DNA of 64,000 nt from a virus (Duplodnaviria; Caudoviricetes): IMG/VR virus record IMGVR_UViG_3300043754_000129, positions 192,001 to 256,000 of that record; one strand, given 5' to 3'. The notes below the pieces were generated by a model. The model did no database searches. It saw only the letters and a list, made by a program, of their open reading frames with translations, and had not been told where the DNA came from. Of the stretch, positions 1 through 10,467 are shown piece after piece. Made by a program: the position numbers and the translations under genes. The number at the start of each line of letters is the position of its first letter. Positions within the stretch are counted from its first letter, which is position 1.

Positions 1-1025
1 TACATGTGCTTGACTCGGTCCAACTCCATCTTCGCTCGGAACTGCTCTTCAGCATACGCTGCCTGCTGCCGCTCGAAGTTGGTCTGAAGTCTCGCCTTCT
101 CGGCTTCCCAAGTTTGCTGTTCACGCTGGTGTCGCAGCTTTTGTTCGTTCAGTTCGTAACGCTCGCGGGCCAATCCTGTCTCGGCCTCAAGCATTGCTTC
201 CTTACGTTTATGTTCCGCGTCACCACAATGTAGCGCCTCTACGTAAGTTTTGTACAGCTCCAGCAAGTCGTCCGCTTCTTCGAACGTATAGCGACGCCAT
301 CCCATTTGGCTCGGGAGCCGGGTATTCTCAAACGGCTTATTGCGAATAACCCAAACCCCATCTTCCCGTGTGAGATCTTGCACCGCATCGATCCGATACA
401 CCATCTTGTTCCGATTGATGAACCGGTCACCGAACTTGCCTTCGTTGTCGACGATTTGTATCGTCTCACAAAACGCATTGGCTTCCCCCAGCCGCTCTAC
501 ATTGTTGAGCAAGGCAAGCGCTCGCCCTTCTGAGCTATACGGATGTGGACCCGCGTCTTTGCCCATGAAGGTACTCACGACCACGTCATGCTCGTGATCG
601 TAAATCTCCCCACGGTGACGCTCCAGATCCGCTAGCCCAATCTTCTCCTCCGTTCTAAGATACAGATAGTTGTCATGAAACGTTGGCTGATACTTGGTGA
701 GCAGCTCACGCAGCTTCAAGATCAGCTTCGTTTCGTTTTCCCGTTCCTGCTTGATGAAGTCCACAAACGCCGGATGAAAGTTTCTGTGGATCTTCCAATC
801 GGTGACGATCACAAAGCTCGACTGGTGATAGCTGTGCTGCGAGTCGAACCGGTGACGAAACCCATTCCTTTCGATAACGGTAATCGGCTTACCCGAATAA
901 TTCAAATACCGTCGTGTACAACTGAACCTTTCGCCATTGACCAGATCCGCCACTGCCGCTGGCGTGATCTGATTAAGCTCAGGCTCGCCGAAGATGGCAT
1001 CAGGGAGGAAGTGATTAAGTGACAT
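1..1025 (-). CDS. Conserved jumbo-phage hypothetical protein with C-terminal coiled coil; partial, runs off window start
   Basis: Open frame read by hand from ATG at 1025 (MSLNHFLPDAIFGEPELNQ...) to base 1 with no stop, so absent from the ORF track; E/Q/R-rich C-terminal part; lies downstream of the capsid gene. Confidence 0.8.
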   Translation of the reverse strand, partial: MSLNHFLPDAIFGEPELNQITPAAVADLVNGERFSCTRRYLNYSGKPITVIERNGFRHRFDSQHSYHQSSFVIVTDWKIHRNFHPAFVDFIKQERENETKLILKLRELLTKYQPTFHDNYLYLRTEEKIGLADLERHRGEIYDHEHDVVVSTFMGKDAGPHPYSSEGRALALLNNVERLGEANAFCETIQIVDNEGKFGDRFINRNKMVYRIDAVQDLTREDGVWVIRNKPFENTRLPSQMGWRRYTFEEADDLLELYKTYVEALHCGDAEHKRKEAMLEAETGLARERYELNEQKLRHQREQQTWEAEKARLQTNFERQQAAYAEEQFRAKMELDRVKHM

Positions 1026-1100
1026 GATACATTCCTAGAACACTTGCCGGTCGGGCGTACTCACAAACCCAGCAAGACCTACTCTTTACTGCTCAAGGAT

Positions 1101-1110
1101 GTAATATATC
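1101..1110 (-). promoter_or_regulatory. Early-type promoter motif (GATATATTAC)
   Basis: Contains the phiKZ early promoter consensus TATATTAC exactly, about 75 nt upstream of the ATG at 1025. Confidence 0.55.
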
Positions 1111-1182
1111 ATCGAAATCCCGTTGAATCAGAGGGTTGGAAAAAATGACGGCATAAGGGAATGAGATGCTCCGAACTGAGTT

Positions 1183-1232
1183 GACGGCATAGAAGCCTCC
1201 CACGACCCCGAAGAGCCGCAGGAGGCTTAGCC
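1183..1232 (-). terminator. Intrinsic terminator after the capsid gene, followed by TATGCCGTC
   Basis: AAGCCTCC...TTCG...GGAGGCTT hairpin then CTATGCCGTC; a second TTATGCCGTC copy at 1147-1156. Confidence 0.65.
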
Positions 1233-1318
1233 CCAGTGAATCAGTCCGTTTCCAACATGGGGAAGCAGCAACTCTAGTGCACCGAGTCACTACGGATCAC
1301 TCACTCCCCCATCCAGAA

Positions 1319-3541
1319 TTACGGCAGCTGCGTCACCGTGTCGAACTCGACCGGCACCTTGCTGTACGCAATGGCGCTGATACCCGACACGTTGATCACA
1401 CCCAGAACCGGCAGGTTGCAGATGTGCAGGAACGACGGCTGGACCGTGAGTTCCTTCGACTGTGCGCCGTTGCGGATCATCGGCAGGACGACCGTGACTT
1501 CCGGCTTCCATGCCATGTTACCGAAGTGCAGCGGGTTCGGCGTGCCAGCCTTCGCGCTCGATTCGTCGCCGAAGGACATGACGATCTTGCCAGCCATGCG
1601 CTCGTTCAGCGTCGACACGATCTTGACGTCGAACTGACCGCCCAGCGTGCGAAGGTCGCCCGTCACCATCAGGTAACGTGCGATGTACGGATCCGTACCG
1701 ATGATGACCGTCGGCACCGGGCCAACGCCACCAGCGAGCGCATCCGAGGCTGCCTTGTAGCCCGACTGGACGTACAGCGTGTACGCGATGTCGCGCAGGC
1801 AGTTGACCAGCGTCGCCTGGATGTCGGCCGCGCGTTGATGCGCGCTCAGCGAGTCCGTCGACGAGTCGATCTCGAGGTTCTTCTCGATGTAAGCCGGCTG
1901 AACGATGAAGCGCGAGACGCCCAGGATTTCCGGCGTATCGGCAGCGCTGTTCGGCGTGGCCGTCGTGTTCAGGGCGCTGGTCGTTTCAGCGAGCAGGTCC
2001 TGAATGCGGAGCAGTTCGTCCACGGCTGCGTTCGACGTGCGGATGCGCGTTGCCGTGATGAGTGCTGCCAGATCCGACGAGTCGTTCGCGTCGCCGACTT
2101 GCATCGGACGCGGGATCGTGATCGGGGCCAGGAGCGGCACCGTGTAGATCTGGTTGTAGAAGTTCGTGTTCAGCAGCTGACCACGTTGACGACGGTTCGA
2201 GTTCGTGCGACGAGCGTCGAGGTCGTAACCGATAACGGTCGCGCCCGTGAAGATCGCTGCCAGCGTTGCACCCGTGCCCGAGCCGAGACCCAGAGCGACG
2301 TCGCTCGAGTTCTTGATCGAGGTCAGGCCGACCGACGACGTGTTGATTTCCGTGTCGCCGAGTTCGAGGTTCACCGAACCGAACATCGAGAAGCCGAAGC
2401 GTGCTTCGTAGTTGCCCGAGACCAGCGGTGCGAGCAGTTGCGATGCGCCGCCGTCAGCCAGCGTCGTGTTCGCGTTGATCAGCAGCGTTTCCGTCTTGAA
2501 CTGGAGGTTCATCTGACGGTAGACGTTCTGCGGAGCGTAGTTGAACACAGCCAGCGGCAGCTGACGCGTGTTGAACTTCACGACTTCGGTCGTCGGCGTG
2601 CCGCCAACCGTGCCCGTGAACTGCACGTACACTGCGTCGAGCGCGAGTTGCGTGTCGATCGCGTCGGTGATGTCGAGGATACCCGTTTCGAGCAGGGCTT
2701 CCGTCTGCGACAGACCGAGCAGCGAGAACTTCTGGCCGACTGCGAGCGGCGCCGTCGTGATCTGCGTGTTGTCCGTCAGCTGCACTGCGTACGGCGCGAC
2801 TTGCGCGTTCGTGACGAAGTAGCCTTCGCTTTCCGTGCGGTAGACCGGGACGATCTTCGTCTGGTCGTTGCGCAGGATGGTCGGGTCGATCACCGCTTGC
2901 ACGATGTTGCGACGGCCGAAGTTCTGCGACGGAGCACCCGAGATCGGACGCTTCGGTTCGTTGTACACTTCGATCAGGCGGATCGAGACCGTGTAGCCGA
3001 CTTGGTCGGGGGTCACGACGACGGTCGGGAAGAACGCTTCACCGAACTCGTCTTGGCGCGCAGCTTGAAGGTTGTACGCGACCGAGTACACGACCGCGTT
3101 CTTGTTTTCCTTCTCGTCGTACGCTTCCAGCGCCGGCTTGATACGATCGAACATGCGATCTTCGCCGCCCGGCACGATGAACTTCATCGACTCGGTCGAA
3201 ACCTGGTCGTGCTTGATGCCCGCGTGCAGGAAGCCAGCCATGTCGCCCGTGAGCGCCATCGCAGCCAGACCAGCGTTGCGCTGCGCGGCCGTCAGGTCGT
3301 GCATGCCGTGTTCTTTCAGGATGCTCTCGAGCGAAGCGTTCAGGCCTTCGAGGCTGTCGTTCAGTTCGCGCGTGAGCGACGAATCGATCGCTTCCATCGA
3401 GATGGCGGCTTGCGAGATTTGACGCGACGCGAATGCAGCGCCGCTGTGGTTCATTTCTTGGCGCAGGGCGCCCACCAGGGTGTCGACCGGCGAAGCGACC
3501 GAAGTGCCGATGCGACCCTTGTTTGCAAACAGAGCGGTCAT
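1319..3541 (-). CDS. Major capsid protein (phiKZ gp120-like)
   Basis: 740 aa; propeptide with SME/SLE protease sites; QDEFGEAFFPTVVVTPDQ, PNPLHFGNMAWKPE and ELTVQPSFLHICNLPV motifs typical of phiKZ-like capsids; next to the DnaB gene as in phiKZ. Confidence 0.9.
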   Translation of the reverse strand: MTALFANKGRIGTSVASPVDTLVGALRQEMNHSGAAFASRQISQAAISMEAIDSSLTRELNDSLEGLNASLESILKEHGMHDLTAAQRNAGLAAMALTGDMAGFLHAGIKHDQVSTESMKFIVPGGEDRMFDRIKPALEAYDEKENKNAVVYSVAYNLQAARQDEFGEAFFPTVVVTPDQVGYTVSIRLIEVYNEPKRPISGAPSQNFGRRNIVQAVIDPTILRNDQTKIVPVYRTESEGYFVTNAQVAPYAVQLTDNTQITTAPLAVGQKFSLLGLSQTEALLETGILDITDAIDTQLALDAVYVQFTGTVGGTPTTEVVKFNTRQLPLAVFNYAPQNVYRQMNLQFKTETLLINANTTLADGGASQLLAPLVSGNYEARFGFSMFGSVNLELGDTEINTSSVGLTSIKNSSDVALGLGSGTGATLAAIFTGATVIGYDLDARRTNSNRRQRGQLLNTNFYNQIYTVPLLAPITIPRPMQVGDANDSSDLAALITATRIRTSNAAVDELLRIQDLLAETTSALNTTATPNSAADTPEILGVSRFIVQPAYIEKNLEIDSSTDSLSAHQRAADIQATLVNCLRDIAYTLYVQSGYKAASDALAGGVGPVPTVIIGTDPYIARYLMVTGDLRTLGGQFDVKIVSTLNERMAGKIVMSFGDESSAKAGTPNPLHFGNMAWKPEVTVVLPMIRNGAQSKELTVQPSFLHICNLPVLGVINVSGISAIAYSKVPVEFDTVTQLP

Positions 3542-3596
3542 GAGTGATCCCTAACCTTTTAGTTAAAAAGAAGACTACTACTGGGGCTTGTTGACC

Positions 3597-4181
3597 TTAA
3601 ACCGTCAGCTCTTTCTTAGCCAACAATTCAAGATAACGCTTGAACAGAGGGGTGTGAGCCACCTCGTGGTACGCGTTGTACGCATACAATACTTTTAACA
3701 CTGCGACGATGAGTGCCGCACGATGCCCGTCAGAGCCGGCTTCTTCGGTGAAGAACCCCGGATTAATGACGATGCAGGCAGCATCATGAGTGCTGTCATA
3801 TACATTAAAGGCATTTTCGTGGTGCGGCAGTCGGTCACACACAGAATTCTGCGAGAACAACCGGTCGCTGACGTCTTCCAAGTACTCCGGGTTGTGAGCC
3901 AGCGGAATAATAGTTTGCGTCAAAAGTGTTTTGGAACTGTCCGAACAAGCGGATTCGTTCCACTTGGTTTCGAGGACGTTGCCGTGCACCTCGTAACCAG
4001 CGAGCTCCAGGAGGTAATCCTGAAGCGAGAGATATCCAATCAAATCATTGGTGTTAATAAAGCGCACCAGTTGATCGAAGTTCAGCGCGTCTTGCAGACC
4101 GCAGTGGTGCCGAGCGAGGGCTTCCTGCACCCAGTACGGGACCAGGACAACCTTCTTGATCGGTCGGGCAGGTGTCATCAT
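3597..4181 (-). CDS. Conserved hypothetical protein between capsid and helicase genes (phiKZ gp119 position)
   Basis: ORF track 3597-4256; start moved to MMTPARP; synteny. Confidence 0.7.
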   Translation of the reverse strand: MMTPARPIKKVVLVPYWVQEALARHHCGLQDALNFDQLVRFINTNDLIGYLSLQDYLLELAGYEVHGNVLETKWNESACSDSSKTLLTQTIIPLAHNPEYLEDVSDRLFSQNSVCDRLPHHENAFNVYDSTHDAACIVINPGFFTEEAGSDGHRAALIVAVLKVLYAYNAYHEVAHTPLFKRYLELLAKKELTV

Positions 4182-4276
4182 CGCTCCCGAAGAAAGAACA
4201 CGTGGTAAGAAAAAACACCCGGGGACAACTCTATGTCCCGGAAAAATCAGTCTCACATTATTTATAACTAATCAAC

Positions 4277-5866
4277 ATGAACCCGAATGCCAAGCTCCTC
4301 CTGGTGAAGTGCATCACCTTGTTGTATCGTGAGTCACAACTCCTGGGGAGTCACGAGAACAGTAGCGCTTTGGTGCGCAGCATTCTCGGGTTGATCAAAG
4401 ATCCACAAGTACAGATGGGTCTGGACAACGAACGAGATATCATCACCGGTCTGAAGAAGACCGCTCTGACGATGTGCGAGCAGCCGCTCGACCATGAGTA
4501 CGAGCCGATCGAACTGTTGCAGCAGCTGAAGGTGGATTGCAATACCGACGAAGCGCTGTTTGGTTCGCTCCAGGAAGGCATCGACAAAGAGCTCGCAGAT
4601 AACAAGATCAAGCGCACCGCAGTCAACCTGCGCCGCTCGCTGCATGACGTGCTGCAAGAACAGAAAGCACAAGAGATCGTCAACAACGCCTCGACCGCGA
4701 TTCGCTTCAAGCGTGGCGAGATCGTCAACATGAAGCAGTTCCTCTCGCAACTCGTGACGGACCTGGAACCCTTCACCGTTGACAGCGAACGGCGTGACCC
4801 TGCGATCGTCTCGTCGGTGAACTTCGCACACATCGAAGAAGTCGTCAAGGTCTTTAAGGAAGTGCAGAAGGCCGAAGAAGGTGGTAGTGTCCTGAAGACT
4901 CCCTGGCAGGGTATTAACCGCATGCTGCGCGGCGGCTACCGTCGCGGCCAGGAAACCGTGATCGGCGCACTCCAGCATAACTTTAAGACGGGGTTCTCCC
5001 TCGGAACCTTTATTGGCGTTGCCCTCTTCAACACTCCGGAGACAGCGTTCCCGGAAGTTGTGCCCGTGAAGAAGCCTTTGCTTTACCGTGTTAGCTTCGA
5101 AGACGATCTGGAACTGAATCTCCAGTACGCCTACGAAGTCATCATGAACTACGATGGTCGTGCCGACGAGATCGTGGTGAAGACGAAGGAAGACTTCAAG
5201 GTCATGACGCAGGAAGAGAAGGACGAGTTCGTGCTGGTGATGTCGAAGTACGTGGCCGAGCGTCTGCGCGTCAATGGCTTCGAAGTCATCATGGAGCGGG
5301 TCAATCCTTCGGACTGGACCTACAAGCATCTGTGCAACCGCATGCTCGAACTCGAAGCCGATGGTTACGAGATCTTCATGTGCATGGCCGACTACCTCCC
5401 GATGCTGCCGACGACCGGTTGCGCACAAGGGCCGACGGGCACCGACGTGCAAGACATGTATCGCCGGGTGCGTAACTTCATGAGCGCCAAGAAGATTGCG
5501 TTCGTGACGCCGCACCAGCTCTCGACCGATGCCAAGCAGATGATCCGTGACGGTAAAGCGGACTTCGTGCAGGAACTGCCCGGCAAGGGCTATTATCGGG
5601 GCTGTAAGCAGATCGACCAGGAAGTTGACCTGGAGATCTTCATCCACATCGAGAAGGTCAATGGCGAGTCGTTCCTGACCTGCCAGCGCGGTAAGCACCG
5701 GATCATCGGTCAGACGAACCCCAAGGATCTGTACACGGTCCTCAAGTTCGAGAAGTACGGGATTCCCTTCGACGAAGGACGCAAAGATCTCTCGCGTCGT
5801 GCTGTCGGCGGTGGTCCAATCGGTAGTAAGGATGAGAAGCCGTTCTTCGATTTTTCGCCGGTGTAA
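4277..5866 (+). CDS. DnaB-like replicative helicase (phiKZ gp118-like)
   Basis: 529 aa; TPWQGINRMLRGG, variant Walker A GALQHNFKTG, Walker B MCMADYL, TPHQLS, GCKQIDQEVDLE, RGKHR. Confidence 0.9.
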   Translation: MNPNAKLLLVKCITLLYRESQLLGSHENSSALVRSILGLIKDPQVQMGLDNERDIITGLKKTALTMCEQPLDHEYEPIELLQQLKVDCNTDEALFGSLQEGIDKELADNKIKRTAVNLRRSLHDVLQEQKAQEIVNNASTAIRFKRGEIVNMKQFLSQLVTDLEPFTVDSERRDPAIVSSVNFAHIEEVVKVFKEVQKAEEGGSVLKTPWQGINRMLRGGYRRGQETVIGALQHNFKTGFSLGTFIGVALFNTPETAFPEVVPVKKPLLYRVSFEDDLELNLQYAYEVIMNYDGRADEIVVKTKEDFKVMTQEEKDEFVLVMSKYVAERLRVNGFEVIMERVNPSDWTYKHLCNRMLELEADGYEIFMCMADYLPMLPTTGCAQGPTGTDVQDMYRRVRNFMSAKKIAFVTPHQLSTDAKQMIRDGKADFVQELPGKGYYRGCKQIDQEVDLEIFIHIEKVNGESFLTCQRGKHRIIGQTNPKDLYTVLKFEKYGIPFDEGRKDLSRRAVGGGPIGSKDEKPFFDFSPV

Positions 5867-6001
5867 TTATGTGAACAGTAGTACTCGTTCATGGAATCGA
5901 CTCCAGGCCGCCCTGCAATCCCTGGGGTGGCTTGGGTCGGTTCCGTTGTTATGCCGGGTACTGAACTGGTGCAATATTTATTCCACCGTGGAAGACAAAA
6001 A

Positions 6002-7120
6002 ATGGACGACATCGAAATCCTGAATCAGCCAGCCGATCAGCATCCAGACCATCTGGAGATCGAGCACTACATCCTCGACCACAACACGATCTGTGACAGC
6101 GTGAGCATGCTCGACGAGATCCGTGAACACCTGATCGGTCTGCAAGGCCTGAACGTCGCGATGGAAGGCATCGCACTCGAAAGCCTGGGGGAGACCCTCA
6201 AGGCGTACTGGCAACAGTTCCTGGCCTTCCTGAAGAAGATCTGGGAAAAGATCGTCGCGTTCTTCGAAGCGCACTTCACGGTGCTCGGTCGTCGACGTCT
6301 GCACATCAAGCGCATGATGACGAAGGTCAAGTCGCTCAGCACGAACCCGGAAGTCTACCGCAAGCTCAAGGACTCGCACAAAGACATCGTGATCGCCCAC
6401 GCCAACGTGCAAGCCTTCATGATCGGCGGCAAGGCCATCACGGGCGCTGAAGAGCTCCTGGGTGCCCTCACGCGCACACGCGCCGCTGTCACGGTGGTGA
6501 CTGATGACTACGCGAAGTACATCGTCGATCAGCGGATCGTGAAGATCAGCAAGACGCTCGAAGCCGCGACGGTGGAAAACGCAGCTGGCCTCTACGAGCG
6601 CATCGTCCAGGAAATGGAGCACAATGCGTTCCACGTCGGTCAGCAAGAGATGCTGGGCAACGTGAGCGTGACGTACGGTGGCGGTGGCAGCGATCTGGAC
6701 GCGCACCGTCTGGTGCTCGCGGAAAAGCAAGTCGGTCACCAAGACATCCTCTTCACGCCCATGACGATCGAGGACCTCGCCAAGGTCTACGCGAACATGG
6801 AAGGCGTGCTCGACGAGATGGACAACTTCAAGAACGGCGAGTACAAGCAACTCGTCTCGGCCGCTCAAGGCATGATGCGCCTCACGGACACGATGGTCAA
6901 GAAGTTGAGCACCGGTGCTCAAGACGGTAGCGCCGAAGCCGTCAAGCAGCTTCTGGGCCTGAACAAACACTACGTGAACTGGATCAAGGCACCGATGACT
7001 GATCTGGTGCGCCACATCACGACGAGCTTCTTCTACATCGGCCACGAGATGGAAGAGAACATCTCGTTGTATGAGCAGCACGAAGCGCTCAATTTCTTCA
7101 AAGTCATCGGCATGTGCTAA
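6002..7120 (+). CDS. Internal head (ejection) protein, protease-processed paralog family
   Basis: VAME/IALE sites followed by amphipathic helix GETLKAYWQQFLAFLKKIWEKIVAFF; start moved to MDDIEIL. Confidence 0.7.
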   Translation: MDDIEILNQPADQHPDHLEIEHYILDHNTICDSVSMLDEIREHLIGLQGLNVAMEGIALESLGETLKAYWQQFLAFLKKIWEKIVAFFEAHFTVLGRRRLHIKRMMTKVKSLSTNPEVYRKLKDSHKDIVIAHANVQAFMIGGKAITGAEELLGALTRTRAAVTVVTDDYAKYIVDQRIVKISKTLEAATVENAAGLYERIVQEMEHNAFHVGQQEMLGNVSVTYGGGGSDLDAHRLVLAEKQVGHQDILFTPMTIEDLAKVYANMEGVLDEMDNFKNGEYKQLVSAAQGMMRLTDTMVKKLSTGAQDGSAEAVKQLLGLNKHYVNWIKAPMTDLVRHITTSFFYIGHEMEENISLYEQHEALNFFKVIGMC

Positions 7121-7134
7121 GTGAGCAGACAATC

Positions 7135-8208
7135 ATGAAAAGCTTTGTTTCACAACTCTGGTCGCTCGGCCTCGAACCGAACCTCCGTCCCGCGCTCGAA
7201 GCGGAAATGATCAACAAGCGTCACGTCGAGTTGCTCCTCACTGACGACCCCGTGCTCGCGGGCATGGGTGGTGCCTGTGTGTTCGTCTTTGCGCGCCCCA
7301 TGCTGGAGAAGGCCAAAGACTTCCTGCGGGCTGTCGAGGGCGGCTACGTGGACGCAACGACCACGAACAACCCATCGCTCCTGCCGGAGATCAAGAAGGT
7401 CGTCGAGTACCCGCCTGATGTGTACCTCGCGCTCTTTAGCTCGAAGCTGAAGGCGTCGATGTCGCAAGGTGAATTCGACGCCGTGGTGCAGCACGAGTAC
7501 GGTCACGTCAATCACCGCCACCTCGAACAGCAACGATGGGGCGGCTACCACGAATTTATCACGCACGAGAAGGAAGCCGACAACTACGCGGTGACCGCTG
7601 GTGGCGCGAAGGTCGAGGACATGATCACGGGTCTGGAGAAGGCCATGCACTTCGGTGCCGAGCAAGCCGTGCTCTGGCAACAGGGTGCGTCGAACTCGTT
7701 CATTCGCAAGCTGCTCGATAGCGACATCATCGATGCGGCCACGGTGAAGTTCGCCGTCCGTCAAGCACGCATGATGCACGGCGCGCGTTTCACGACGCTC
7801 AAGAAGCTGAAGGCGCAGCGCGATGCTGGCAAGGCCGAGACGCCGATCGTGTCGTCGGGTAAGAACGTGCCGGATAACACGCTCGCCAAGCACAAGCTCC
7901 AGATGTCGAAGATCCATGGGGACTCGCCGGAACGCCAGGCTGAGATCCAGGAAGAGATCGACGCGCTGAACCGTGGCGAGACGCCGACCACCCACATCAA
8001 GAAGCCGACGCCGGCTCCGGCGCCGACGCAGAAAGGTGCGGACATGAACGGTCGCCTCGATCGGTTCCAGGAACGGATGAATAAGCTGGGTCGCAGCGTC
8101 GGGGGCGGTGAAGGTAGTTCGGACACCGAAACCCTCAAGGATCGCATGCGTGCGCAAAGCGACGCGACGCAGGAGCGCCTGAACAAGCTGAACAAGCAAG
8201 ACGCGTAA
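7135..8208 (+). CDS. Putative virion zinc metallopeptidase (HExxH) with charged C-terminal tail
   Basis: QHEYGH followed by HEKEADNYA (M48/zincin-like pattern); PALE site near the N-terminus; located in the head-protein block. Confidence 0.6.
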   Translation: MKSFVSQLWSLGLEPNLRPALEAEMINKRHVELLLTDDPVLAGMGGACVFVFARPMLEKAKDFLRAVEGGYVDATTTNNPSLLPEIKKVVEYPPDVYLALFSSKLKASMSQGEFDAVVQHEYGHVNHRHLEQQRWGGYHEFITHEKEADNYAVTAGGAKVEDMITGLEKAMHFGAEQAVLWQQGASNSFIRKLLDSDIIDAATVKFAVRQARMMHGARFTTLKKLKAQRDAGKAETPIVSSGKNVPDNTLAKHKLQMSKIHGDSPERQAEIQEEIDALNRGETPTTHIKKPTPAPAPTQKGADMNGRLDRFQERMNKLGRSVGGGEGSSDTETLKDRMRAQSDATQERLNKLNKQDA

Positions 8209-8223
8209 CACTACACTGTGATT

Positions 8224-8247
8224 GGGGGTGCGGGCAACCGCACTCCT
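8224..8247 (+). terminator. Intrinsic terminator-like hairpin
   Basis: GGGGGTGCGG-GCAA-CCGCACTCCT just after the stop at 8208; weak U tract. Confidence 0.55.
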
Positions 8248-8275
8248 ATCACGCCCTAAGGAAAGAGAATAGACT

Positions 8276-10393
8276 ATGTTTGCGGCGTTGCGTCGAGTCC
8301 TCGGTCTGATCGAGGTCCAGGAAAGCGGGGATCTTATCCGCATTACTGGCTTACCCGGCGATAGCGTAATGAAGACGATCTACGAGGTGTGGGGAACCAG
8401 TAAGATCGCGGAGAACTTGTTCTCCAGAATTACGCCGTCGGAAGTATCATTCAATCGTTTTTTTGCCGTGGACGTCGTCTATGCTTTCACGCGCATCATC
8501 AACGAAAAGCGCAAGGGTGCCCCGATCCGCGCGCTCAAGAAGATCGTGGCGCTCATGTACGAGCACACGTGGCTCAAAGACACGCTCGTACGGCATCCCG
8601 ACATCCTGGATCGCCAACAGCTGAACCAACTGAAGTGGGGTCCGCTGGAACACCAGGACGGCTTCTTCGATTGGTTTAACGAGATGATCCCACGCTTCAA
8701 ATTGCGTGGGGCACTCCTCGGTGCAGGTCCGGGCACGGGCAAGACCTTCATGGGTCTGTCGCTCTCCCTGATGCTGCACGCGGATGTGACCATCATCGTC
8801 TGTCCGCCACGGGCTGTGAAGAAGGTCTGGGAAGACACGATCGTCGAGCAGTTCAAGCGTCCGGTGGGTTACTGGCACTCCCAGATGGGTACGGCCATTC
8901 CCCGGGGCAAGAAGTACTACATCATCCACTACGACTTCCTGCCGAAGTTCATGGAGTTCGTCCGCCAGAACCACTGGAGCAAACCAGTGATCCTGTTGGA
9001 TGAGTCGCACGGGATGAATGAAATGGAAGCGTTGCGTACGCAGCTCTTTATTGAGCTCTGTAACGTCACGCGCTGTCAGTATGTACTGTGGGAGTCGGGC
9101 ACGCCTGTGAAGGCCATAGGCGGCGAAATGGCGCCTCTGTTCCGTACGATCGATCCGATGTTCGATGAAGACGCGCAAATGCGCTTCAAGGCGATCTACG
9201 GCAAGAACACGAGTCGCGCCAATGACGTGCTTGCGCACCGTCTCGGCAAGGTCACCTACAAGGTTGACTCCAACAGCGTGGTGGATGTGAAGGTCACGCA
9301 CCACAAGGTCAAGGTGGTGATCCCGAACGCGAAGGACTACACACTGACCGCCATTCGCGCTGAGATGAAAGCCTTCATCCAGGAACGGGTGGAGCATTAC
9401 CAGTCCAACATGCGGATGTACGAGCGCATGTATGACCAGGCGATCTATCAGTTTGAACGCACGCTGATTACGCCTGAGCAGAAGGACAACTTCAAGACGT
9501 ACATGCGGTACATGAAACAGATCCGCCGGGGCTATGACCCGAAGATGCATCAGGAGATGGCCGTCTGGTGCAACAAGTACGAACAGAAGATCATCATGCC
9601 AGCGCTGCCTAAGCAGCTGCGCGATAACCTCAAGCAATCGAAGTCGGTGGTCAAGTACTACAAACTGAAGGTGCAAGGGGAAGCGTTGGGCAACGTGCTG
9701 GGCCGCAAGCGTGGCCAGTGTATTGCCGACATGGTGCCGCACATGGGGCTGGAGAACATCATCGATAGCGCCTTGAAGAAGACGCTCATCTTTACCAGCT
9801 ATGTGGGTGCAGTGGATGCAGCAGGGGATTACCTGAAGGCGCGCGGCTATCATCCGTTGCGGGTCTATGGGGAAACCAACAACGAACTCGCTGGCATGGT
9901 GAACGAGTTTAAGAATTCGGAAGACGCCAACCCGATGATTGCGACCTATCAGTCGCTCTCGTCCGCGGTCCCGCTCGTGATGGCGAATGTGGAGATCATG
10001 ATGAACTCCCCGTTCCGCTCGTTTGAATACGACCAGGCCGTCGCTCGGGTGAAGCGTCTGGGGCAGGATGAAGACGTCGACATCTACGACGTGGTGTTGG
10101 ATACGGGCAACGAGGTGAACATCTCGAGCCGCACGATCGACATCATGAACTGGAGTCGTGAGCAGGTCAATGAGATCATGGGCTTTGAGAATTCGCCGCT
10201 GGTGGGTGCGATCTCGCGTGAGAGCTACATGACCATGGACCCGGAACTGAACACGGCCGGCGAAACCCCGATGGACCTGAGCCCGATCCTCTTGCAAGAG
10301 TTCTCGGACAACATGGTGCTGAACGGCTACGCCATGGAAGGCTTCCACGTCGAGGAAGAACCGATGTGGGCACAATGGGCCACGTTGCCATAA
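8276..10393 (+). CDS. SNF2/SF2 helicase
   Basis: Walker A GAGPGTGKT, LLDESH, ESGTP, LIFTSY and motif VI QAVARVKRLGQ. Confidence 0.88.
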   Translation: MFAALRRVLGLIEVQESGDLIRITGLPGDSVMKTIYEVWGTSKIAENLFSRITPSEVSFNRFFAVDVVYAFTRIINEKRKGAPIRALKKIVALMYEHTWLKDTLVRHPDILDRQQLNQLKWGPLEHQDGFFDWFNEMIPRFKLRGALLGAGPGTGKTFMGLSLSLMLHADVTIIVCPPRAVKKVWEDTIVEQFKRPVGYWHSQMGTAIPRGKKYYIIHYDFLPKFMEFVRQNHWSKPVILLDESHGMNEMEALRTQLFIELCNVTRCQYVLWESGTPVKAIGGEMAPLFRTIDPMFDEDAQMRFKAIYGKNTSRANDVLAHRLGKVTYKVDSNSVVDVKVTHHKVKVVIPNAKDYTLTAIRAEMKAFIQERVEHYQSNMRMYERMYDQAIYQFERTLITPEQKDNFKTYMRYMKQIRRGYDPKMHQEMAVWCNKYEQKIIMPALPKQLRDNLKQSKSVVKYYKLKVQGEALGNVLGRKRGQCIADMVPHMGLENIIDSALKKTLIFTSYVGAVDAAGDYLKARGYHPLRVYGETNNELAGMVNEFKNSEDANPMIATYQSLSSAVPLVMANVEIMMNSPFRSFEYDQAVARVKRLGQDEDVDIYDVVLDTGNEVNISSRTIDIMNWSREQVNEIMGFENSPLVGAISRESYMTMDPELNTAGETPMDLSPILLQEFSDNMVLNGYAMEGFHVEEEPMWAQWATLP

Positions 10394-10467
10394 GACAGGC
10401 ATAAATCATTTGATGAATAGCTGTTTCATCTGTAGCTATCTATTATCCATGAAACAGGAAAAGGACA

